DNA of 44,329 nucleotides from a bacterium (GCA_963663405.2 CAXXSM010000162.1:1-44329); one strand, 5' to 3'. Positions 10,471 to 20,571 are shown, numbered from the stretch's first letter. Made by a program: numbers and translations. Notes: a model not told the origin generated them from the sequence alone.

Positions 10471-11927
10471 ATGCGATCAGTTTTTAAAAAGCGGTTGTTA
10501 ACCGCCCTGTTAGTCCTAGTCATTTTGGCTCTTATCGATTTCGGCGCGCGAATCATCGGGCCGGCGTCAACCAACGCCGATGGAATCTATTCCCCTAACG
10601 CCTATTCCGATATGTACTTGCCGGACACATACGGACACATGCGCCCTCATCTGGACACGGGAATGCCAAATTCTTCCTCTGAGAATCCCATCCCCATCAG
10701 AACAAACCAATTTGGCATGAGGATGCGTGAAGTTGAATTACAAAAAAAGCCGATGTAATCCGCATCGCTGTGATGGGAGATTCCACTGCCTTTGGTTGGA
10801 TGGAACAGGAAGAAAACACGTTTCCCCGTGTCATGGAAACGCTGCTCAACCAATCCGGCAAGAAGCAATACGAAGTCCTCAACTTCGCCGCTCCCGGTTA
10901 TACGTCATACCACGGCTTGAAACAGTACGAGCGGCTGGTTCATAATTTTAATCCAGATATTCTCATTCTCGCGTTCGGTCTTTATGATTTCAACGAATCC
11001 CGTGTAAGTGAACGGGAATATTACACCCTTCTTGATTCGTTCGGCTTGACTAAAGGCCTTACCGGATTCCCCAAACTTTGGCATGACTACAGCGCATTCG
11101 GCTGTTGGGTGATCTCGAAGAAACTCCAGCGCGGCCGGGATGAAATCAACCAACTCTTCCAAAACCGCGCCGCAAGAGGAGAATGGCGCGTGAAAGTTGA
11201 CGAAGAATCGTTCAAAGCCAACCTCTCCGCGATCATCGAACATCAGCGCTCCAAAGGAGGGAACGTCATACTCGCGCATCTCAACCTCGTTCATTTTCAA
11301 ACGCTCTCCGCGTTGAATGAGTTAAGAGATCAGTTTAAACTCCGCCTCTTAAATATCCGTCCTCTTTTCGACCAACTCGGAGGAATCGAAGAAAGAAAAA
11401 AATGCGTGGCGCTGGAATTGGAACCGAGTGGATTAAAGAACAGCCAAGATTCCAACTCCCGCCAGATCCGATTCCGCATATTTGTTCCACCGGAGACATC
11501 CGTCTCTACAACGATGTATATCACAGGCGCCCATGAACAACTTGGCGGCGGCGTTCCCAACAAAGTCAAACTTTACGATGATGGAACACACGGCGATGAA
11601 CAGAAAAACGACCGTGTATGGTCGCTGTCGCTTACATTCAACGGCGTGGAGCCGGTTGATTTTGCTTTCACAAACAGCGGAGAACCAGGACAATGGCCGT
11701 CGAATCCATCGGACCGCGAAAACACTTTTAAAAACACCCTTCATTATGTACGAATTCCACTGCGTACCATTCCGGATGGAGATTGTTACAACAGCCTGCT
11801 CTACATTTACGGGCGTCCCCCCTACGCCCATCTCCTCGCCCCTCATTCCAATGCGCTTCCCAACGCCATAGGCCACACCGCCATCGCCAAACGGCTGAAC
11901 CGGATGATCCAAGAAATAAGTAAGTGA
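10471..11927 (+). CDS. SGNH/GDSL-fold membrane-anchored protein with inserted choice-of-anchor-X-like domain, frameshift at 10742-10749
   Basis: N-terminal TM, RTNQFGMR then (-1 frame) IRIAVMGDSTAFG, EVLNFAAPGYTS, LYDDGTHGDEQKNDRVWS, terminal PNAIGH. One extra A joins ORFs 10471..10758 and 10770..11927. Confidence 0.8.
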
Positions 11928-12020
11928 TTTTGCTTGCTTCAACGCGTTAAATCAGGGACAATGAAATTAGCGCCTTTTATGAGCGCGCGCAGAGCCGATC
12001 AAAATAAAGATAAAAGAACC

Positions 12021-13214
12021 ATGTTGACCTTAGAAGAAGTTCAATGTTTGATTCAAGACCATGAATCCGATCGAGTTGAACTTACACAATCCATGAAGGA
12101 CACAGATAAATTCGCTCAAGCGATCTGCGCGTTTGCGAATGATTTGCCTGATCATCGGCGCCCAGGATATTTGATTATCGGAATTGATAATCAAGGACAA
12201 CCAACCGGTTTGGAAGTGACAGATCAGTTACTGCAAAATCTCGCCGCGATCCGGTCGGATGGAAATATCCAACCTTTACCCGTTATTAATGTTCAAAAAT
12301 ATTCCTTTCCTTCCGGCAAAGGAGACATCGCGGTTGTCGAAACGCTTCCATCCGATATGCCGCCGGTTCGTTATAAGGGCCGCGTCTACATTCGCGTTGG
12401 CCCAAGGAAGGCGATTGCGAGCGAACAAGAGGAGCGGATTTTAACGGAACGAAGAACGGCGTATGCAAAGACATTCGATTCCCGTCCATGTCTTGACAGC
12501 AAAATAGATGATCTAAGTGTCAATCTTTTTTTGAATGAATACTTGCCATTCGCCGTTTCCAAAGAAGTCATCGAAGAAAATAATCGAACAGTGGAAGAAC
12601 AAATGGCTTCTCTTCGTTTCTATGATCCGCAGTACAACTGTCCGACCAATGCGGGAATGATACTTTTTGGTGAAGATCCCTTGCGATGGCTGCCCGGTGC
12701 GTATATTCAATTTGTCCGTTTTGATGGCGCAGGATTAGAAGCGGATGCAAAAAACGAACTTCGTTTTACTGGAGATTTGAGGACTGTCTTGCAACAAATA
12801 ACACAATTCGTTCCTCTTCAAATTGAAGCGTATCCAAAACTGGAGAACGCTTTTCAGGAGAAAATGATACATGATTATCCCACCTTCGCAATACGCGAAT
12901 TTCTAATGAACGCCGTTATGCATCGGTCATATGAAGGCTCGACGGCGCCGATTCGTTTTTACTGGTTTTCGGATCATATAGAAATACAAAATCCCGGCAG
13001 TCTTTATGGAGATGTCACTCCTGATAATTTCCCCCGGCAAAACTCATATCGAAATCCTGTCATTGCGGAAGCCATGAAAACACTGGGATACGTGAATAAA
13101 TTTGGTGGAGGAGTCAGCCGAGCCCAAGCCGCTTTACAAAAAAATGGAAATCCTGTTGCCAAATTTGAATTCGGGGATACCTTTTTTCTCGTGAAGATGG
13201 AGCGAAATCAATGA
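12021..13214 (+). CDS. Schlafen/AlbA_2 domain + HATPase_c_4 (RecG C-terminal-like) protein
   Basis: ESDRVELT, AICAFAND, GYLIIGIDNQG, GRVYIRVG (AlbA_2); YPTFAIREFLMNAVMHRSY, IEIQNPG, YRNPVIAEAMKTLGYVNKFGGGV (HATPase_c_4). Start uncertain (11934, 11961, 11979 or 12021). Confidence 0.88.
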   Translation: MLTLEEVQCLIQDHESDRVELTQSMKDTDKFAQAICAFANDLPDHRRPGYLIIGIDNQGQPTGLEVTDQLLQNLAAIRSDGNIQPLPVINVQKYSFPSGKGDIAVVETLPSDMPPVRYKGRVYIRVGPRKAIASEQEERILTERRTAYAKTFDSRPCLDSKIDDLSVNLFLNEYLPFAVSKEVIEENNRTVEEQMASLRFYDPQYNCPTNAGMILFGEDPLRWLPGAYIQFVRFDGAGLEADAKNELRFTGDLRTVLQQITQFVPLQIEAYPKLENAFQEKMIHDYPTFAIREFLMNAVMHRSYEGSTAPIRFYWFSDHIEIQNPGSLYGDVTPDNFPRQNSYRNPVIAEAMKTLGYVNKFGGGVSRAQAALQKNGNPVAKFEFGDTFFLVKMERNQ

Positions 13215-14242
13215 AAACAATTGCGTTTTTTAATAATAAAGGGGGGGTGGGAAAAACAACTTTGGTATATCACCTATCTTGGATGTATGCCAACATGGGG
13301 CACAATGTTGTCGCGGCGGATTTGGATCCCCAATCCAATCTCACCTCTATGTTCTTAAACGAAGAGAGATTGGAAGAATTATGGCCCGATGGAGAACATT
13401 GCAATACGATTTTGGGAGCAATCGATCCTATATTAAAAGGAACGGGAGACGTTAAAAATCCTTACATTGAAAAGATTTCAAAAGAACAGAGTTTTTTTTC
13501 TGGAGATTTAAGTCTTGTCGTGGGGGATCTGGGTTTATCCAAATTTGAAGATGATTTAAGCGATCACTGGCCAAAATGTATGGATAGGAAAGAAAACGCC
13601 TTCCGAATTATCTCCGCATTTTATCGCTTACTTAAAATGGCCGCGGAAAAAACGAGTTCTGAATTAGTATTAATTGATGTAGGACCGAATCTAGGCGCTA
13701 TCAACCGCGCGGCGCTCATTGCAGCTGATTTTATCGTTATTCCATTAGCACCTGATCTTTTTTCCCTTCAAGGACTGCGTAACCTGGGCCCTACCCTACG
13801 CAGGTGGAGAGAGGAATGGAAAGAGCGTCTGCAAAAAAAACCTATGCCAGATTTACCGTTACCAGAAGGATTAATGGAACCAGCCGGGTATATTATTCTA
13901 CAGCATGCTACTCGTATAGATCGTCCCGTACAAGCATATGCGAAATGGATCGTCCGAATCCCCGGCGAATATCGATTGTCTGTTTTGAATGAAAATGAAA
14001 AGAATATCCCAACCTATGAGAATGATCATCACTGCCTCTCTTTATTGAAGCATTATAGAAGTTTAATGCCGATGGCGATGGAGGCGAGAAAACCCATTTT
14101 CTTCTTAAAACCTGCGGATGGCGTGATCGGCGCTCATGTAAAAGCAGTACGATCTTGTCATGACGAATTTGAAACGCTCGCGGGAAAAATACTCGATCAC
14201 TGCGGCATAAATCAACTCACATCGGAGCATCACTATGGGTAG
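13211..14242 (+). CDS. ParA/MinD-like (AAA_31, SIMIBI) ATPase, orphan type
   Basis: Deviant Walker [49 protein letters not shown] overlap with the upstream gene. No parB in the window. Confidence 0.9.
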   Translation: MKTIAFFNNKGGVGKTTLVYHLSWMYANMGHNVVAADLDPQSNLTSMFLNEERLEELWPDGEHCNTILGAIDPILKGTGDVKNPYIEKISKEQSFFSGDLSLVVGDLGLSKFEDDLSDHWPKCMDRKENAFRIISAFYRLLKMAAEKTSSELVLIDVGPNLGAINRAALIAADFIVIPLAPDLFSLQGLRNLGPTLRRWREEWKERLQKKPMPDLPLPEGLMEPAGYIILQHATRIDRPVQAYAKWIVRIPGEYRLSVLNENEKNIPTYENDHHCLSLLKHYRSLMPMAMEARKPIFFLKPADGVIGAHVKAVRSCHDEFETLAGKILDHCGINQLTSEHHYG

Positions 14243-15311
14243 TTTTTTTGGACGTGTTTTTCGTATCTCGACATGGGGAGAATCGCATGGGGGGGCTGTG
14301 GGGGCTGTGTTGGATGGGTGTCCACCGCGGATTGAGATTTCAGAAGAGGAGATTCAGAAAGATCTCGACCGGCGCCGGCCTGGGCAGAGCATCATCACCA
14401 CTCAACGCAAGGAAACCGACACGGTTAACATCCTCTCCGGCGTTTTTGAAGGCCTTACACTAGGATCCCCTATCTCGATGATGGTGAAGAACCAAGACGC
14501 GAAACCTCAGGATTATTCGGAAATCCAAAACGCGTATCGTCCATCCCACGCGGATTATACCTACGACGCGAAATATGGGATCAAGGATTACAGGGGCGGA
14601 GGACGCGCCAGCGCCCGCGAGACAATTGGACGCGTCGCCGCCGGAGCGATCGCCAAGAAAATGCTGCGCGTTCGGTGCGGTGTGGAAATCCTCGCCTATG
14701 TACGCCAAGTACACACGATTAAAGCTAATATCAATCCCCAAGATGTGCAATACGATCAGGTCGAAGAGACAATCGTCCGTTGTCCCGATTTAGAAACCGC
14801 CGAAAAGATGATCGAACATATCAACGATATGCGCAAACAGGGAAATTCCGTAGGCGGTATCGTTGAATGTGTCATCCGCAATTCACCGGTTGGATTGGGG
14901 GCGCCGGTATTTGACCGGTTAGAAGCCGATCTGGCCAAAGCGATGCTCTCGCTTCCCGCGACGAAAGGTTTCGAAATTGGTTCGGGATTTTCCGCGATCG
15001 AAAAGACGGGCGTCGAACACAACGACACGTTCTATTTTTCGGGAGGCCGGTTCCGGACTCGCACCAATCGTTCCGGCGGCGTCCAAGGCGGGATCACCAA
15101 TGGGGAAGATATCATCTTCCGCGTCGCGTTTAAACCGACGGCGACAATCCTAAAACCACAAAAAACCGTGAATCCTGATGGTGAAGAGACAATCTTGAAA
15201 CCCCGTGGGCGCCATGATCCCTGTGTGCTGCCCCGCGCCGTTCCGATCGTCGAAGCGATGGCGGCGCTTGTGATGGCCGATCATTACCTTCTGCAGAAGA
15301 TGAACGAATAA
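14235..15311 (+). CDS. aroC: Chorismate synthase
   Basis: [62 protein letters not shown]. Confidence 0.98.
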   Translation: MGSFFGRVFRISTWGESHGGAVGAVLDGCPPRIEISEEEIQKDLDRRRPGQSIITTQRKETDTVNILSGVFEGLTLGSPISMMVKNQDAKPQDYSEIQNAYRPSHADYTYDAKYGIKDYRGGGRASARETIGRVAAGAIAKKMLRVRCGVEILAYVRQVHTIKANINPQDVQYDQVEETIVRCPDLETAEKMIEHINDMRKQGNSVGGIVECVIRNSPVGLGAPVFDRLEADLAKAMLSLPATKGFEIGSGFSAIEKTGVEHNDTFYFSGGRFRTRTNRSGGVQGGITNGEDIIFRVAFKPTATILKPQKTVNPDGEETILKPRGRHDPCVLPRAVPIVEAMAALVMADHYLLQKMNE

Positions 15312-15326
15312 CCATTCACCGAATGA

Positions 15327-15356
15327 GAAAAGAGGACCTTGACGGCCCTCTTTTCC
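15327..15356. terminator. Probable bidirectional intrinsic terminator between convergent aroC and the DUF4097 gene
   Basis: GAAAAGAGG...CCTCTTTTC inverted repeat in the convergent intergenic gap. Confidence 0.7.
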
Positions 15357-15382
15357 TTCCCCCTTCTCGTATATTGTATATT

Positions 15383-16711
15383 TTATTTTTCCACTGCGAT
15401 GATCACCGGCGCGTACGAACTGGAAATCCGGATTTTCCCCCGGCCTTCCCCCATCGCGCCGCGGACGGATTCCGCCATCATAGCTTTCTTCTTTTGGAAA
15501 TCATCCGGCGCTTCGATTTTTCCGAAGGAAGAAGAGGCTTCCACCAAACCGGTAAAATCAGCGGGAATCGTCAGATTGACTTTGCCGAATGAAAAGTTCC
15601 CATTTACGTTCGCTTCGGGAGCCAAGCCTTTAATCTCCGATTTCCCATAACCGGCTTTCACGTCCATATCCCCGCTCCAACCATCAACCATGAGCGAACC
15701 AAACTCGGATTTCAAGAGACCGCTTCCCGTGTGATTGATTACACGCGCGGCGCCATATTCTGTTTTAAGCCGAATCGTGTCATTCGAGCCGATTACTGTC
15801 GTGGAGCCAAACGTATTTTTACAATCGACAGGGCTCTTCATCTCATTGATGACAACATCCCCAAATGTATTAACGATCCGGATCGGCGCGCCCGCTGGAG
15901 CGATTACTTTGATGTCGCATTGCTGCATCGTCTTTTCTTGTTTTTCCTTTTTCTCTTCCTTTCTCTTTTTTCTTTCTTTTTCCTTTTTCTCATCTTTTAT
16001 AATTTTTTCAATAACTTTTACCGCATTATCCTCTTTCTCGATCGACACCTCGAATTCATCAAGTAACTCCTGAGCGCGCTCTATTGTATCGGCGCCGGCT
16101 TTCATTACGACTTTCACATCCACCTTCGCTTCTCCGGTCGCTCGCAGAACCTGAATCGAGCCAAATTCCGCTTCAATATCCAATTCGAGATCCTCACCGG
16201 CGCTGAACGTCTTTTGAATTGTTTCCGATGCGATTTCCCCATCGAAATCCTCATAGCGGCCTTTGCCATCGAAATTCATATCGGGAACATGAAACTCAAT
16301 CTTGGGAATGGGGGGAATGTTTGGGAGCGAAGGAATGTCGGGGATCGGTGGAATTTGAATATCGATCTGGGAACTTAAGTTTTTCAGGTGTTCGAGATGA
16401 TCCAAATTCTCCAAGTGCTGCAGGTTTTTCAGCGCTTTTTGGACATTTTTCAATACCTTATGATCCATATTCTTAAACTGCTTATGGAAATGCTGTTGGA
16501 GCTCTTGGGACATCTTTTCCATTTCTTTGGAAAATTTCTCCATCTCGCGGCTGTACTGCTCCATCTCTTTGTTAAGAGACTTGTGAAAATCTTCTAAATC
16601 AACTGTGTTCTCATCCTCCGCAATAGACGCATATGGGAACACGCCCAGGCAAAGAATAACGGATAGGATAACTAATAATGGAAATTGCAACGTTTGAATT
16701 TGACGAATCAT
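15383..16711 (-). CDS. Secreted DUF4097 (adhesin-like beta-strand repeat) protein with N-terminal coiled coil and Pro-rich linker
   Basis: Signal peptide, heptad-like MEKFSKEMEKMSQEL, IPPIPDIPSLPNIPPIP linker, repeated xxxFG/YG beta strands. Third gene of the ECF operon. Confidence 0.75.
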   Translation of the reverse strand: MIRQIQTLQFPLLVILSVILCLGVFPYASIAEDENTVDLEDFHKSLNKEMEQYSREMEKFSKEMEKMSQELQQHFHKQFKNMDHKVLKNVQKALKNLQHLENLDHLEHLKNLSSQIDIQIPPIPDIPSLPNIPPIPKIEFHVPDMNFDGKGRYEDFDGEIASETIQKTFSAGEDLELDIEAEFGSIQVLRATGEAKVDVKVVMKAGADTIERAQELLDEFEVSIEKEDNAVKVIEKIIKDEKKEKERKKRKEEKKEKQEKTMQQCDIKVIAPAGAPIRIVNTFGDVVINEMKSPVDCKNTFGSTTVIGSNDTIRLKTEYGAARVINHTGSGLLKSEFGSLMVDGWSGDMDVKAGYGKSEIKGLAPEANVNGNFSFGKVNLTIPADFTGLVEASSSFGKIEAPDDFQKKKAMMAESVRGAMGEGRGKIRISSSYAPVIIAVEK

Positions 16712-16793
16712 GGTTTTTTCCTTTCAATAATTGTTCTATGTTTCATCGAGCGGGCCGTGTACCCGGGATAGGGCCGCTTTCTTGAATCCAGCA

Positions 16794-17456
16794 TCATAAA
16801 GTCAATAATTCCATATCCTCTTCAGGGATATCTGGATTGTTCTCTAAATATTCGCAGAGAGATTGAAGAACCAAAATGTTTTGGTAGATCGCTTGCGTCA
16901 GTCCTCGCTTGACCACGAGATCCATCTCATCGCTTTTATAGCATGTGGCGATGACATTGGATGTATATTTCAGTTTGGCCAGTGGATACAGCCAGGGATT
17001 GTCCGCCGTCATGGATTCTTCTTGATACACATCCAACAGACGTTCTTCCAATTGCGCGATTAACGCGTTCTGCTCGTTTAAAAGAATGGGAAAGAGATCC
17101 ACCGGCGCCGGCGTGTGATGGAAATAATTTCCGGCCCACAAACCACAGGTAAAGACAACCACGAGCAATCCCGCTCCGGCCATTCCAAAATTCCATAATG
17201 GAAATCGGACTCCACGCCGGGCGGTCACGGCCAGACACCGCGCCGCAAGAAACGCCGACGGCTTTAGCGCCGGAAGCTGGCTGAGTGTCCGTAAATGATT
17301 GATAATGCTATTGACTTCATTCCGGCAGTCTTCACACGACTGGAGATGCCGCTCAATCTCATCAGCCTCCTGCCCGGAAAGCCCGCCGGATCGTCCCAGC
17401 CGTGATTCCGCGAAGAGAAATAGTTTTTCTTTGTATGTCTGACACGTTGCATTCAC
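16794..17456 (-). CDS. Zinc-finger (zf-HC2/ZAS) membrane anti-sigma factor
   Basis: C...HLQSCEDC (HxxxCxxC) followed by one TM helix. Starts 3 nt after the ECF sigma stop. Confidence 0.85.
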   Translation of the reverse strand: MNATCQTYKEKLFLFAESRLGRSGGLSGQEADEIERHLQSCEDCRNEVNSIINHLRTLSQLPALKPSAFLAARCLAVTARRGVRFPLWNFGMAGAGLLVVVFTCGLWAGNYFHHTPAPVDLFPILLNEQNALIAQLEERLLDVYQEESMTADNPWLYPLAKLKYTSNVIATCYKSDEMDLVVKRGLTQAIYQNILVLQSLCEYLENNPDIPEEDMELLTL

Positions 17457-17459
17457 GAT

Positions 17460-18068
17460 CTATCTCTCCAAAACGCCTTCAATTCTTGATAATTTCTTCC
17501 GCAATTCCCGCTCCGCCCGGAAGAGAAGAGATTTGACGGTTCCCTCCGGTTTCTTGGTTATTCTCGCGATATCTTTATAAGACAAATTCTCAAAAAACCG
17601 CAGGATTAACACCGCTCGATTATCCGGTTTTAATTCCGAAACCGCTTGGTTTACGATCCGTTCAATCTGCGTCCCGTTCATAGTCCCACGGGGGGATTCC
17701 GCGTCTGAAGGAATCACACTTTCATGCTCAGTGGAAATGGGCAGAAGACACCGCCGGACCATGCGCCACCGGATCATGGAAATCGCTTTTCGATGAGCGA
17801 TAGTAAATAGATAGGGAGTGACATCAGCGCCCTCTCTCAATTTCTCTTGATTTCGATGCAGCGCATAGAAAGTCTCCTGCGTCAAATCCTCCGCATCCTC
17901 CCGGCTGCCCAGCATCCGGTATAGAAAACGGAACACTGGCTCAGAAAAGCGGGAAACAATTGCGGAAAAAGCGTGTTCGTTATCCGGCGGAGCCGGTGAA
18001 TCCGCCGTTCTTTCCAACTCAGATTCACCCCGCGATTCTCGATTGTCCACCCAGTTCAAAACGTTCAT
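17460..18068 (-). CDS. ECF-subfamily RNA polymerase sigma factor
   Basis: Region 2 DAEDLTQETF...YLFTIA; region 4 LILRFFENLSYKDIA...GTVKSLLFRA. ATG at 18068 follows AAGGA. Confidence 0.93.
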   Translation of the reverse strand: MNVLNWVDNRESRGESELERTADSPAPPDNEHAFSAIVSRFSEPVFRFLYRMLGSREDAEDLTQETFYALHRNQEKLREGADVTPYLFTIAHRKAISMIRWRMVRRCLLPISTEHESVIPSDAESPRGTMNGTQIERIVNQAVSELKPDNRAVLILRFFENLSYKDIARITKKPEGTVKSLLFRAERELRKKLSRIEGVLER

Positions 18069-18102
18069 GCGTTCCTTTTTGTTTTGCAGTCTCAATCAGT
18101 AA

Positions 18103-18128
18103 TTCGTTTAGCCACAGAAAAAGTTTCA
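18103..18128 (-). promoter_or_regulatory. Putative ECF-sigma autoregulatory promoter
   Basis: Minus strand reads TGAAAC-N16-CGAA, about 35 nt upstream of the ECF start. Close to the SigW-type TGAAAC-N16-CGTA consensus. Confidence 0.7.
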
Positions 18129-18267
18129 TTTTTTTTGATACTAAAACCGAAAAATTATCTCACAAATTACTAACAATTTTTCTCCATAATTCCCTAGCAA
18201 AATCGGATTTATTGTTGATAATAGCAATCAATTTACAAAGACTACAATAAAAATAGAGGTAAGTGAC

Positions 18268-19791
18268 ATGAAAAAAGTATGGTGTTTCTGTTTGTTGTGC
18301 GGAGTCTTCACGTTATCAGCGGCTGTCATTTCAGCGGCGGAGAAAAATGAAGAACCAGGATTATTTTTAGTGTGGAAAGATAAAGTCAAAGCGCCCATGA
18401 TGCAAGACTATATCCAATATGGGCTCAAGTTCAAAGAAATCTACGAAAAAACCAATTTCCCCTGGTCCGTGTTTTGTTATCAATACTTAACGGACGTCTA
18501 CAATGTGATCCCTCTACAAAGCTTTGCGGAAATAGATACAGCTGGAGCCACGTTCGATAAGATAAAGAAGCAAATCGGGGAAGAATGGGAACAATTAAAT
18601 AGCGATGCAGGAAATACGATCGAATCGGCGGAGGCTTGGTTTGTCGCATACCGGGAAGATTTATCTTACATCCCTGAAGTTCCTAATTACGATCCAGATC
18701 AAGAAGAACCTCTTTTCTTAACCCGGGTGGAATATTTCACCTTGCCGGGGAAAGACAATGAATTTGAAGAGTGTATGAAGGAATTCGTAGAACTTTGCAA
18801 AGAGAAAAAAGCGAAAGTCGGCTATCGGGCAATGCAAACGGTTTTCAGCAACGATCTTCCCTCCTATGTAATTATCGCAACCTATAACAACATCGAAGAT
18901 TTCGGAAAACAAGCGAAAGAGCAAAACGAACTCCTCGGTGATGAAGCGAAAGCGATCTACGCCAAAGGTGGACAGTTTGTGCGAAAGATGGATCAAAAAA
19001 TCGGCATTCGCAATCTCAAAATGCTGAACTACAACGCGTCAGAAGAATCCAAAGCGGAAGAAATCGGCCGAATTCCAACTTCTGAATCCGAAATCGAAGG
19101 GATTTGGGAAATGAAGTCCGCGAAACGGCTTGCTGATGATTTCTTAACAAATTATCGAATCTTGAAAATTCACCATGATGGAAAATACTTAGTCGTAGTA
19201 ATCAACAAGGAATCAAACATGGCTGAATATATTCATGGTGGATCCTACACATTTGATGAAGGTAAAATCAACAGCCAATATCAGATTTCATTAGATGAAA
19301 ATGCTGAAGGAATTGGAAACAAAGGCGCCTACACCTTTCGCATTAAAGATGGAAAACTGTATCAATCCGGCGCATTAGAGGACACTGACATCAATGAAGT
19401 ATGGGCGCCAGTCAAATCTAAAACAGCGGACAAATGCGATGATTCCATCTCCGGCGTTTGGGAACTGAAAGAAGCCGAATACAACAATACCGATCAATCC
19501 GAAATGCTGAGCGAGTGGCAAATCATAAAAATCTTACAAAACGGCATGGTGATCGTTCTCATGCTAAACCGTAATTCACACAATATCTATACACTCCATG
19601 GCGGTTCGTATACATTCGATGGGGAGAAACACGTAGAGAATATTGAATTTGCCAGCGAGAATTCCAAAAACGTGTTGAACCAATCTTTCACATTCAAAAT
19701 CTCGGTCAAAGAAAACGGTTTCTTCCAGGAAGGGAAAGTATTGGACACCGATCTCAAAGAAAAATGGGAACGGGCTAAATTTGAAGAATAA
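18268..19791 (+). CDS. Secreted protein with duplicated alpha/beta-barrel-like N-terminal units and two lipocalin-like C-terminal units
   Basis: GAGG RBS and signal peptide. Repeats EGIWEMK..HGGSYTFDEGK..EVW and SGVWELK..HGGSYTFDGEK..EKW. Confidence 0.7.
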   Translation: MKKVWCFCLLCGVFTLSAAVISAAEKNEEPGLFLVWKDKVKAPMMQDYIQYGLKFKEIYEKTNFPWSVFCYQYLTDVYNVIPLQSFAEIDTAGATFDKIKKQIGEEWEQLNSDAGNTIESAEAWFVAYREDLSYIPEVPNYDPDQEEPLFLTRVEYFTLPGKDNEFEECMKEFVELCKEKKAKVGYRAMQTVFSNDLPSYVIIATYNNIEDFGKQAKEQNELLGDEAKAIYAKGGQFVRKMDQKIGIRNLKMLNYNASEESKAEEIGRIPTSESEIEGIWEMKSAKRLADDFLTNYRILKIHHDGKYLVVVINKESNMAEYIHGGSYTFDEGKINSQYQISLDENAEGIGNKGAYTFRIKDGKLYQSGALEDTDINEVWAPVKSKTADKCDDSISGVWELKEAEYNNTDQSEMLSEWQIIKILQNGMVIVLMLNRNSHNIYTLHGGSYTFDGEKHVENIEFASENSKNVLNQSFTFKISVKENGFFQEGKVLDTDLKEKWERAKFEE

Positions 19792-19821
19792 AAATCGTAT
19801 TATTCCGAAAATAATTCACGC

Positions 19822-20325
19822 CTAGGATTTCAATCGTTTTCTCAAACTCGTCTGCCGACTTGCTGTTTTCCCCGAACTCTGCCAGTAACGGGACCACCAG
19901 TAATTCCGTTCATTCTCCAGAGGCTGGGAAGCGATGGGATTGACTCGCCCCCAGAGGATCTCAATCGCCATGCGGCACATCATCTCCTGCGGCTCGACAC
20001 GCACGATTCTCCCCCGCATCAGTTTCTTCTCACTTTGCACTTGTTGATACGACAAATTGGCCTTGTGGGAAAGATAGCAGAGCACCTCCTGCCCAACCTC
20101 CAATTTTTCCAGCGAACGGATCAGCAAACCGCTATGACTCATGTTAACCGTCGCGGTTTCAAAGAAATTTTGGTTTTTAATCACAATCAGGTAACAGGAC
20201 AGTTTGAAGTCAATCCGTTTCGCCCGCTTCGACCTTCCGCGAGGCGTTGGCTTCGGTGGAAGCGGGGGATTTCTCTTCCCCACGGATTTTTTTGATTGCG
20301 CCGGTTGGCGTTTTTTCCAAAACAT
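19822..20325 (-). CDS. PilZ domain protein (putative c-di-GMP receptor)
   Basis: Arg-rich RSKRAKRI followed by NMSHSG (D/NxSxxG) and GRIVRVE. Start chosen at MFWKK. Confidence 0.72.
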   Translation of the reverse strand: MFWKKRQPAQSKKSVGKRNPPLPPKPTPRGRSKRAKRIDFKLSCYLIVIKNQNFFETATVNMSHSGLLIRSLEKLEVGQEVLCYLSHKANLSYQQVQSEKKLMRGRIVRVEPQEMMCRMAIEILWGRVNPIASQPLENERNYWWSRYWQSSGKTASRQTSLRKRLKS

Positions 20326-20571
20326 ATTTTCCTTCCAATCGGCGAAAGGCCAATCGTTTCCCTCTTTTGAATGATAACGGATGGCTATACTATAACGCAT
20401 TCTGACGCTTTGCTGAAACAGTTTCATCAAGCGCGTTGCATAGAATCCGGGGCTATTCCTCTCTTGGAATCAAGCAAACTCCTATTTTTGATTCATTATT
20501 AGGAATGATGATGAATTCCGGATTCGTTATATCGGAAAACCGACTCTAATCGTGAGGATAAAAGAATCATA

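Noticed and set aside
13211-14242. Chromosome or plasmid partition locus
   Set aside because: No parB, parS palindrome, rep gene or origin features seen, and the protein is longer than Soj-type ParA.
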